Shown piece after piece: positions 15,201-26,550 of a stretch of DNA of 64,000 bases. Source of the DNA: Yuukianura sp. NJ FZ-2021. Taxonomy: Eukaryota. Below the pieces are notes generated by a model. It had not been told where the DNA came from. It saw only the letters and a list, made by a program, of their open reading frames with translations, and did no database searches. The position numbers were made by a program, and so were the translations under genes. The stretch lies in contig CM102285.1 of NCBI GenBank assembly GCA_046563655.1, forward strand, positions 8,680,001 through 8,744,000, written 5' to 3'. How positions within the stretch are numbered: position 1 is the stretch's first letter; each line of letters starts with the position of its first letter.

Positions 15201-18200
15201 ACTGTAACATATGAAATATGCAACAACGTTCTTTACAACTTAATAGGAACCAGTTTCCAGCGAAGGAGTTGTACAAATACACAATGTGATTTCCGCTATT
15301 GCTTTTCCTATTTTCAAATATGTTTCTTCCAGGAAATGATGGGAGGACACGCTTTGGATCCAGTATCCAGCAGAGGACGACACGCCATCAACCCATTTCA
15401 ATACATTTCGAACAAAAGTGTTGCTTTTGTATCGTTTCAGTTTGAATAAAATTTATAGATTTTTAGTCTAACTGCACTATTCTTAATAGCGTGCTTGTTA
15501 GAACCCGTTGGTGTGAAGTCAAAATGTAAAATTAACCATTCTCATAGTCATCAGTTTGAGCTGACATGTTGGAAATGCATTAACAAAACATGAGAAAGAG
15601 AAAGTTTGCTTTCTTCTGAAATAGTAATTTCTAAACTTTTAGCGTTTAGAAACGACACATCTTAATAGTATATAATTATCTTTCACTGTATTAACTATAT
15701 TGACTCACAAATTAAACAAATTGAGCCCCCGTCGTCAGCATTAATGGAGCTGAATATTAAATTTAGCACAGTTATTGATTACACAATATTATATTCGAAG
15801 CCATTGTTGATATTGTTTTGCGAGAGTGCTGTGTAAAGCTATGATGAAGAGTAATAAGAAGGTATGAAAACGTAGTTTGAGAAATGGGAGCGGAAGTTCG
15901 TTTGTTGTGATTAATTGGAGAAATGGTCCAGGAGAAGATCCATGTCAGCTTCTGCTGGTCCTTTCATTAGACGCTGGAAGTAAGTAATGAATCTACTCCA
16001 TCTTCCTCCTTGTTTACAAACACTAAATAAATGGAATCTCAAGACACTAGATGCGATTTCACCAAGAGAATTGTATAATTTCTAAAGTCCCTTTCCATCT
16101 AGCTCTTCTTACACCTTGAGTCTTCCAGAACTTTTGTTCAATTTGCGTTCCACCATTTTACCCGTCTTCCAAAAGTTTTAATTGAAAGTTAATGGGAATT
16201 CAAATTCAGCTGACTTGTTCCATGCATAAAGAGAAAGAAAACTTTGGAGAAAGTGAACAATTAGGTGAATTTTCTTTTCTTTTTAGGAGTAAGTTCGATC
16301 ATACTCCAACTTCGTAACAACGCTGAGGTTAAACTATGGAGAATTTCTACTACCTAATAATCTTTTGATTTTTATATTTTTGTATTAATTCCATTGTCTA
16401 AAATTTTGAGCAATTTCATCTCAGGTGGAAACGACAGCTTCGTTTTAATTAAAGTAATTTGAATTTGAAAAGATGAACCACTAACTGTCATCTTCCGAAA
16501 AGATAAAAACCTTAAGTGAATCTTCGAAGAGCTCAAGTAATTTATCACACAACGCCATAAGTGAGTGTGTCACTGTTCCAATTTTCCTTTAATTAAATTT
16601 TAGTTCGTGTGCAGCAGGTTACATAAAAAGTTGCAATCATATTAGCTCGTTACGTAATATCTAATTAAATCCGTTCTTTAAGGTAAACTACAGCATTTTT
16701 TTGTCATTTATCTAAAATTCAGAAATAATTGAAAAGTGAAAATGCAAAAGTGAAACATCTTCCGAATAGTAAATAAAATGTGTCAAAATGAAGCAGAATA
16801 TTAAAAGTAGAAATTTTTGTGAAAACTTCACGTAAAGAACCTCTTCAATTAATTGAGAGGGAGGGAGTTGTGTAAGTGTAAGGTTGCGATGAACAGGAGT
16901 TGAAAGTGCTTTGTTAATAATGTATGAAATGGGGCTCCTGTCGATTTCTTCTGGATGCTTGAAGATCCATAGGTGTTGATGGAGTAGGCTGTAATTAAAT
17001 ACTTTCTCTTCCACCTTTCTCCTCCAAGTATTTTGGAAGGAAGCATGGATAGCATGAGGAGTGGAGATAGTATAGATGGACTTGGAATTGGATCCTGGTT
17101 TGAAATTGCCTTCTAATCTGATTCAGAACGCACAAACCAACGTTCCTGGAAGCTGCAGGATCTCTGATCTGATCTCAACTAAAAGGAGAGATTCCATAAA
17201 TCAAGTCCAGGAACACGGCCTTTCATCATTATGAAATCGACGCCTTGACTTCACTTTCCTAAAGGGAAAGGTCGGTCAGGAGCAAAAACCATATTTTGAG
17301 AAAGTCTCCCCTCCTTAAGAACTCCGCTCTTCAACTGACAGCTCTGTATTTGTACCTTCGTTGAAGATTTATTGAACACCTTCTGCTCCTCAGTTCTTCC
17401 TTCCGAACACCGAATACACTTCTTAAACAAAAGCCTTTCTCCAGGAACTGCGCATATTCAAAGAACTTTGACACAAAAGTTTATTTTGAAGACAACTCGG
17501 TTTTAAATAAAGTTGCAAATGGATTTTTGGGAGCTTTTCAAACCATGACTTCTTAATCTTAATGGCCACGAAATGATCATCCTCGACGGGAAAAATTGAA
17601 AATGAAAGCCATAAAAAGCACTAATGTGTTCTTTCCAAACTGGGAATTCTAACATAAAACTAATATTGATTCTATTAGGAGTTTCTTTGCTCTTCAACTT
17701 TCAAAACCTTTCTTTCTAAAAAAACAAAATTTTACCTTCTGCTTGTGACGAAAAACACAAAAAGTAACCAATTTAGAATGCGAATACGAGCTGAGTCCTT
17801 TGAACAAATAATGAAAAAGTGCTACTGAAGCAATTTTTCTCAGGCTGGAATGTTGGACAGGTTAGTCAGGTTAGTGCAAAAAACTATTACAAAAGCCTTC
17901 CACTTTCACCAGTTTCAGTGACATTGTTAATTGCCATTGTTAAGCCTGTTTTCCACAATACTGTGAGCAAGTTGGCGTTGACAAAAGCCACGTCAAATCA
18001 AACCCAGAAGTTGACCCAACCTTCGTATAATTAATTATCGTAGTTCCAGTCTCTACTGTGATTAATGAAAAAGCAGCAGCAGTTTCTGCTGTGTCTTCAT
18101 ATTGGCTCCCGTCCTGAACATGTCAGTGGATTAATTTGCAGAGTTTGCCAAAGGAACTGACCGGATGGAAGAGAAAGTTGCCAATTGAGTTTCAACGAGG

Positions 18201-20258
18201 CAATTAACAGGAGAGGCCGAAACGGATCTGGGTGCTCAAGTGACATATGAAAGGAATAGACATTGACAAAGGGCGGTGACCACTCGGTTGGTTTAATAGG
18301 AATGAAACTGGATAGTGCACTGGATAGTATAGGAAAAGCGTAACATTTTGTAGGACTCCAGGGAGGTCATTTAAACTTGGAGCTTTCAAACTGCCTTTTA
18401 ATTAGTCAACAAACGCTTTTGAATTTGTCTCTCAGGACCAATTTCTAACTTCGAGAGCTTGAAAGTAGGTTTTAATTGGACTTTGTACAATAAAGGACTC
18501 TGTTGAAACAGAGTAAAATTTTGAAAAGTTTCACTTTCAAAATTTTTAACTACTCCCTACTTTTTATGTATAAAGCTATGAATAGAAAGTTGAGCCTTCC
18601 AGGAAGAAGCCAGGATAAGGAGTGACAGGCAGAATTTATGCAGAATATCCTATAGATTTTGATATAATGATACGAGTTCCCTCGTATTCGTGGAAGTTCC
18701 TGGGATGGGACTAATAAATTGGAAGTCCTAAATCCAACGGAGAGGATTTTGGAATGGGATTTTTGTGTCTTTGATTCTGAATTTTATGGGAATTGGGCCA
18801 TCGTGCTCCTTTAAAGATTTATAAAGGGTTAAAGCGGGACTTTCTCTTGGTAGAAAGCAGCAAGGAAAGGCGGAAGTGGAGCGAAGAGACTCAATTAGTT
18901 AAACTCTGATTTGAAACAAAGGGAGTAAGGGGGAAAAGCAATCTAAAACACTTCTAGAATTTAGATTCCCATGACTTCTAGTTTTTGAATCTTCTAAAGA
19001 AAGTGGGGGCATAGTATTATCCTCCCATTTCCCATTCCACTTTCACAGTCACTGCCAATGGATTCTTTGGGTTGCTAAGGAAGGCTAAAGGCGGAGAAAG
19101 TGTCATCAATGGAAGAATAATAGGAGAAAGCACACTCGCTCTCTCTTTCCAGGTCATGCAAAGGAGTAAATGTCATGAAATTGGCTATTCACTATTGAAA
19201 CACAAACAGAAATGAAATTTAGAGAAATTTCAAAAAGAAAGCAGAAATTTGAAAACTCAATGACATATAAGGACATAGCCTTCCAGAATTTCATATACTT
19301 TTTCATATAATTTTTATATGCTTACCGATATTTAGTATTTTTGACATAAATTGAAATTAAATGGACAACTAATTAAGTGAAGGTTTAGTTTTTCGGGAAA
19401 TGCTGATGAATTTTGAATTTAAAGATTTCCTTGTGGCATTGTATTTTTTTTAGTATTTTGTTTTTCTTGTCGTAAACGAATGGTTTCCTTCTGTTTTCGT
19501 TTTCTTTTTGAGATGTTTCTTCTTCTTTTTTTTCAGAAGTTGATGCATTATTATTATTATGAAATTGGAGTTGACATTTGTGTTGAGCGGATGATGAAGT
19601 TGGGTTTTAGACATCCTAGGGAATTGATCTCGCTAATCCCAAGGAATTCTTGGGTTTTGATGACTTGCCAAGACTTGCTTCCTAATTCATCGATCATGGA
19701 CTCTCTCACGATCTTCCGGAACTGCAATAGTACCCACTAACCCCTCCAACTTATTTTCCAAATGATCTTGTGTCTTCATTAGCACAAATCTCCAGGGACT
19801 CAAAACAATCATCTTCGTTTCCAAATTGTAGCTTTGTCCATTTTTCTAATGAACATAACATTCCTTTATTATTTTGGAGAATGATGTTCCAAGTATATTT
19901 TGACATGCAATCTTATCCTACTGAAGTAACAACCTATTGTTAGTAGAACGTGGTACAAAGTTGAAATCCAAAGAAGTGCACAGGGCAGTCCGAATTGACG
20001 CTGAATTTGAACTAAACTGTTGCATTAAATAAAAGCCGAAAAGAAAAACTTCAGAAAAATCCATCCTTGAAGTGTTGAGTGCGACAAAGAAATTTTTAAG
20101 CGGCGTTTGACTGTAACATTGGAACATCATAATACTAGCACAAGGTAACGCCCACATTTGAAAATTTTCAAAGTTTGCAGCTTTCTTTTAGTTTTTATCA
20201 AAATTGTACAATTCCATTTTTATTTAGAGTAATTCACTATGATATTTATTTTTAGGAA

Positions 20259-20720
20259 ATGCCGCTTAAGGGAGTGCCGCCCATAATCAGCCCGGACTTG
20301 CTCCGTGCACTGGCGCTGATGGGCCATGGTGACAAAATTCTATTGGCAGACTGTCACTTTCCAGCGACATCTATAGCTGCCAGATCTGGAACCAACCCAA
20401 TCCTGATTCGAGCCGATGGACATGGAATTCCAGAACTGCTGAAAGCAATTCTACAGCTGATAGAACTGGACACCTATGACCCATTCCCGTTGACCTTGAT
20501 GCAGCGCGTCCCTGATGATGTTGCACGGAACCTCCAAGTCCCCGTGTGGGACACTTACAAGGACATTCTCAAGGATAACTTGAAGCCAAACCAAAACTTC
20601 CAGTATATCGAGAGGTACAGTTTTTATGACATGTCGAAGCACGCATTCGTCATTGTCCAAACTGGAGAAACTGCTCAGTATGGTAACATCATGCTTACTA
20701 ATGGACTTGTTCTGAACTGA
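20259..20720 (+). CDS. FUOM: L-fucose mutarotase (RbsD/FucU family), single coding exon
   Basis: 153-aa ORF with LKG.P..ISP.LL..L..MGHGD.I.LAD..FP, IRADG.GIPELL, LDTY, ER..FY and TGETAQYGN motifs, animal FUOM-like. Acceptor tttag lies 3 nt before the ATG, with a probable 5'UTR intron 20145-20255. AATAAA near 20817. Confidence 0.93.
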   Translation: MPLKGVPPIISPDLLRALALMGHGDKILLADCHFPATSIAARSGTNPILIRADGHGIPELLKAILQLIELDTYDPFPLTLMQRVPDDVARNLQVPVWDTYKDILKDNLKPNQNFQYIERYSFYDMSKHAFVIVQTGETAQYGNIMLTNGLVLN

Positions 20721-21604
20721 ATCACCTAATTATCTTTCCAATGCTTTTACTTAAATTCAAACCACTAATTTCTAAATGCGGAATTTGAAGTTAATCAGTA
20801 GCCATGAAATACTGGAAATAAAACTACTGTAAAAGTTATGTGCTCAACTCAATGAGTTTTTAGAAGAGCATTTAAAAAACTCACAATAATTTTCAATAGT
20901 AAACTTTCGTAGATGACAGATGCAAACAGTTAATTTGGCTTGCATTTACAAATATTGAAGTATGGTGACCTTTGACCTGCATTTCTTTCGATTTTATGAA
21001 GAGAAATGACAATGAGAATCAAAAGTTTAAAATTGATCAGACTTTGTTAATTTTATTACAATTGTTGTAATTGTGAGGGCTTAATTATCCAATTTCATGA
21101 GTTCTATCGTACGTTCCACAACGTTAGCTACAATCTCGTAAGTTGTAAGGAAGCTTACTGCGGCAAACTGCATGACAGAAGAAATGAAGTGGATTGTAAA
21201 TTGTTTACTGCCCACAGTCCAGTAAGTGCCGTAATCAAGATTTTAATTGTTCAAGTGTAAAATTACTTTCCTGGGATGGTCGACCAAATGCTAAACGACG
21301 AGGCATGAAGAATTGAAACTCACGCAACAGTGGAGACTTATCGTTTCGAAGGCGTCCTTAAGTACCCCCAAACGACTGCTTCTCGCCACAATTCAGAAGA
21401 CATAAGTTCTTACAAAACAAAAATAAAGTTGTGTCGATTTTTCCAGCAAAGTTCGAATTCCATTCGTTTACTTTTTGTGAAAATATAAACCGACTGAATC
21501 ATTTCGTATTCGAACTTATTCCTAAATCAAATCAAAGTAATAGGTACGATTAAAATTTTAAAGATGGAAGGCCATAATGCATTTGGACTAAAAATTAGTT
21601 GGAA

Positions 21605-23667
21605 TCATGTAAACAATTTGACGAGTTCCTTCTTGTTCACTTTTCCTAGTTGATTTCTTGGAAGTTTATCGATTGTTTGAATTCGATTTGGACATGCGTA
21701 TCCTGGAAGACGCTTTTTGGCAATCTCCTTAAGTTCATTAAGTGACAGTTCTTTGCCACTCCACACAATCATGGCAGCAACCTTTTGACCCCAAACAGGA
21801 TCCGGAAGGCCAACGACAGAAACGTCCTGGATTTCCTCCAGTGCTAAAAGTTGTGTTTCGATTTCCAAGGCACTCAACTTGTACCCTCCACTTTTGATAA
21901 TATCGACGGATTTTCTGCCGAGGATTTTGAATCCGATTCCTTCGGTGTACTCTACGGTGTCACCTAAACGGAAATTCCAGTCACAGAGATTTCTTTAAAA
22001 AGATCAGAAGCTGTTATAAACGCGTGCAATATTTTCAAAACTGTACCTGTAATGAACCAGCCATCTTTGGTAAATTCTTTAGCAGTTGCTTCCGGATTTT
22101 TCAAGTATTCCTTGAACACGGACGGGCCTTTTATGAGTAATTCTCCTACGACTGATTTTTCTCCGCTAGCAATCTGAATGTTTTTGGCTCCACCTTCAGC
22201 AAGTATCGTCACTTGGTCCTTTACCATTTCAGCTACTCGAACTCTGACGGATTCAAAAGGGAACCCCACGTACCCTTCACACCAACAAAACCGTCAGTCA
22301 AGGTCATTTGTTGAAAGTCAAAATTAAGTTAGTACTGTTGAAGACTTACCCGGTCTGCGTTCACCGTGCAGGGGATTTGTAAGGGCCATTCCAATTTCTG
22401 TCATGCCATAACGTTCTAGAAGGCGGTGGCCTGTTATTTGTTCCCACCTTTCTAAAACTGGAACTGGTAATGACGCACTCCCGGATATCATCACTCTAAG
22501 GTATGACATTAGAGAATGAATCAAACCACGGATTTTTCACCGGTATTAGCAATTACCTCATTTTGTTGATGCAAGTCTCACGGATGAATTCTGCAGTTCG
22601 AGCGCCTTGCTTTCCATAAGTCTTGTCGTGTTCTTCAATTAATTTGGAATAAACCGTTGGGACTCCCATTATAACATTTGGTCTCTCCGATTCAGCCGAC
22701 AAAAGTTCTTTCCAAGCCTGTCCAGCATGAAATTTTTCTAGCATGTGACATCTGCAAAACATGATACAATTTAAAAGCAAAGTCTGCGTAAAGGTTATAA
22801 AACATTTCACAAATTATTACCTTCCGCCGACGAATGTTGGAGAAATCAAAGCATGAATAAGACCGTGGGTGTGGTGTAAAGGCAAAATATGAAGCATCGT
22901 ATCCTTGGACGTTATTGCCCATGCTTGACATATATTAGTAATTTGCGCAATAAGATTCTGGTGCGTTAGCAAAACACCTAGATGTCAAATTCAGAAGTTA
23001 GAACTTGCAATTTGCAAAGATTGAAGTTAATTATTATTTCCCGGACCCTCTTACCTTTAGGCAGCCCCGTAGTTCCACTCGTAAACAGCACCAGTGCGTT
23101 ATCCGAAGTGCCAAAGGATCTTCCAGGGAGTTTAGCAGGATTTGATCCCGACAAACTTTCAAAGTCGACGACATGAAGCTTCGAATTCACAGTGGCAGCA
23201 ATTTTGTTCATTCGATCGGCATATTCCTTCGTCGTAACAATGACTTTGGCTTCGGTGTGTTTTGTGAAGTACTCAAGCAAGTTTTCCGGATGTTTGTCCG
23301 ACAGGGGTACAGCAACGTTTTGGGACATCCAGCATGCCCATAGGGTTATTAAAAACGATGAATCATGAGGGCATAAAAATGCAACTTGTGATTCCGTAGT
23401 ACCCACTATGTCCTTTAGCTGTTGCGCCAGTTGTATTGATTTGCTTCCTAATTGGGAGTAGGTCCAGTTTCCATTGCGATCAGTAAACCCCACCTTGTCC
23501 TTCAAGCGCTGATCAATTGCTGACCGGAATAAAGGCAACTTGAAATCTGCGTCAATTGCTTGTGATTGTGGAATTGCTGAAACATGCAGGCTGCATCTCA
23601 GCAGAGTTTTCAACCCCAATGGGTAACGGGAGAGCAGCCGATGACTTTGGAAGATTAAAAACGTCAT
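21605..23667 (-). CDS. ACSF3: Malonyl/methylmalonyl-CoA synthetase, mitochondrial (acyl-CoA synthetase family member 3)
   Basis: Exons 23667-23055, 22977-22821, 22751-22557, 22495-22350, 22274-22047, 21963-21605. Motifs: [75 protein letters not shown]-terminus resembles a transit peptide. Confidence 0.92.
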
Positions 23668-24425
23668 TGTTTAGGCCCTGCAATACACAAAACAGCAAAT
23701 TTTCGTAAGGTGGGTAATCTACGAAATCTACAGACTAGGGAATTATCAACCTGTTTCCGTAACATGACAAAGCTTAACAATTTACTAACTTGAAAATGGA
23801 ACTTAATTGTTAATTTCTTAATTCCGTACTGTCCCGATCTACGATTGTATAGTAATCTGTAGTTGAACTTGACCTTCTTATTTGCAATTCATGGGAAGTG
23901 TAGTGTCGATTGTCGAATTTCCTAGTTGCCTGCAGTAAGTTGAGTTAACTTACTTACACTATTCAGTCCTCCTCCGATCGAATGCTTGGTTTGGTAATTA
24001 ATTACTAATAATCAGCCAATGATGGAATGGCAGCTTGCGCCGGTATTATCTTCCTTTCAGCTGATGAGTTATGAAGTAAGTAGCACTTGTCACTATCACT
24101 GCTTTGCTTGAGTGACCTTGACCTCCCACTTTAGTCCTAATTCAGGGGGAGAAGACAGAAGAGATTAATGTAAACAAACCTCTCCTCAAACTCAATTATA
24201 TGTCAAAGAAAGTCATCAGATGATCCATAAGCACATGATATTCAAGCACGCGCTTAACACATGGCTTTGAAATTGTGAGAAGTTTAGGTTGGTTCTGGAT
24301 TCACCATATGACGCACATCAACAAAACAAAAGCTTTGGTTTTTTTTCTTCTTTGTTTATATTGTTTAAGTTTTGATTACAGTTTTTGTTAATTAACAGTT
24401 TGCATAATAAAATCCTAAAGGAAAT

Positions 24426-25868
24426 ATGGCCTCCGGGACGGAGAAGAATGTAGCGACATCAAATGAACTACCGATTGGTTCAGTGCGACCAGTAGATTCC
24501 GGTGGACTCAGAGCGCTTATTCAGGAACATGAAATGGTAAGTTTAACTTCTTAACTTACATAATTTTTGTTGTACATTTTAACCTCAATCTTATTTTTCG
24601 AAGGCTTTGGAAAACACGATGCAAGCACTAACGAAGCAGGAAGAGTATCAAGCCGAGTACCACGCTTTGATGAATACACTGAAACATTTGCCAAATAAGG
24701 TGAATTATCCACTTGATTAATCGGCGGAACTTGAAAGGAAATAATTTGATGATTTATTAATGCTTAGCTGAGTCACGATGCGATGGTTCCAGTAGGTCCA
24801 TTGGTTATGGGCTACGGAAAACTAATTCACACTAATGAGATTACTTGCCACATAGGTATAGCGGTTTGAAACAGCATATGTCGTATTCCGTTTCGTTCCA
24901 TTTATGTTATTTCTATTTTACGTTTTTTCAGGGGATAACTGGTTCGTTCAATGTAGTGCCAAAACGGCGGAGAGAATCGCTGCTCATCGGATACAAAGTA
25001 ACATTCAAACATGATGTACTATAGTATTTATGTGATTATTAAGTATACCTGGGTTAACATTAAGTTTGTTTTTGCAGAGTCAAATGAAATGTTGGTAAAG
25101 TTTCAAAAGGAAAAAGAACTAATTACTGCGTGGATCGAAGAAGGGAAGCGTCAATTGCGTGAACACGAGGATTCCGGGACTGTAGAGATAACCGAGTATT
25201 ATAATGAAGACCAAGAACAAGAATGGCGCCAAACACATCGTGAGAATGTCAGAAAGCATTATCAAGATGCTGCTAAGGCACGGCAGGAGCAAAGTGCTAC
25301 CACAACAGATGAACAAGACGCCAAGGAATTGATGGATCGACTTGAACTGCTGGAGTTGGAAGAAGAATTGAGTGAATACAGAGCTAAGCAGCAAGAAAAA
25401 TCCGTTGTAACTGGCACAGCAAAACCGAGGTCAAACTCTTTGACCTCTGAAAAGTCAATACTCAAAAACTCTCCAGTTCTTTCTTCCTCTGATAAATCTA
25501 CGCCTAAAAATGAGACAGGACAAGAAGAATCCAGTAGTACCGGAGAGGCGGCGGTATTCCTGAAGCCCGAAACCCTTCCGAAACGTCGAGTTTCCTTCGA
25601 TAGTACAAAGGACACAATTTATTCTTATCCAGCCGAACCAAAAATAACTGGCATCACATCTCCTGTGGCAGAGCATGAATCTACAGAAGAAATAGTAGTT
25701 GATGCTTTTAAGAACGTTGTTATTGAAAAAGTATCTCCAAATGTCAAGAAAGTTGAAAGGACAAGCGACGGTGGTGACAGCGACGACGATATGAACGAAG
25801 ACGAGAAGCCTACTGAACGCATAAGCTTATTTAAACAACGGAAATTGCAGAGAGAAGGGAAGTTGTAA
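24426..25868 (+). CDS. URI1: Unconventional prefoldin RPB5 interactor (URI)
   Basis: Exons 24426-24536, 24604-24699, 24768-24855, 24932-24997, 25078-25868. Alpha-prefoldin domain (MVPVGP..MGYGKLIHTNEI...GDNWFVQCSAK.A..I..HR), EITEYY, ELMDRLELLELEEE, KSILK, PP1-binding-type RRVSF, and C-terminal URI box RISLFKQRK. Confidence 0.9.
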
Positions 25869-26550
25869 GTATTTTCTTCACTCTTATATTAATTAGTTAG
25901 AGTAATTTAACTAAAATTCGGCCTCAGACATTGGAGCTTGGAGGCAGTTGATGTTAGAGCATTATTTATTCCATTTTATGCATTCTTTCATATAGACTCT
26001 TAAACTTAAAGATCTAAAGGGACGATTTTTGACTGACTATTTTATTAGTAGTATTTGTAGAATTTCAGGGCAGTTCATGTGATACGGTGCATTATTTAGT
26101 GCATCACTGTGCAGTTGAGGTTGACTAGGAACCTTAACTTACAAAGGTTAACCTGCTTAATGCAGCGCTTGGAGTGTGGACTAATCAAGGTGCAAAGTGG
26201 ACAACTTAGCAGTAGTTATTAAGGTATTAAGGTAGTTATCACTTGACAAGAATAAATCGACATTAATATTCCCGAAGCTATCGCAATGTCCTAAAAATGT
26301 AGAGTTTTACACACTTCTAAAATTACAAATCAAAATTTCAAAAGTTATAACAAAAGGTCAAAATGAATTCGGTTTCCAAAATTATTAACACTTTGACTCA
26401 ACAAATGAATCGAGAGCTGCTAAAAAATTAACGAATATTGTTCTAATTACTAGAACGAGTAACAAGGAAGGGCTATTACATGTAACTTCCTAAAATTTTA
26501 AATTCCCCTAAATTCATATTTTGCAGTAATTTGCCTCTATATTGGTCCAT

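Noticed and set aside
16271..16293. Strong pyrimidine tract followed by AG-GA-GTAAGT (2-nt microexon or recursive splice site)
   Set aside because: A 2-nt exon would shift frame, it is not the AG|GT recursive consensus, and no host transcript can be assigned.
102..19740. Numerous 60-120 aa ORFs in the ORF track
   Set aside because: No recognisable motifs, many start at TTG/GTG, and no consistent splice-linked frames; expected by chance. The exceptions are the dipeptidase exons noted above.
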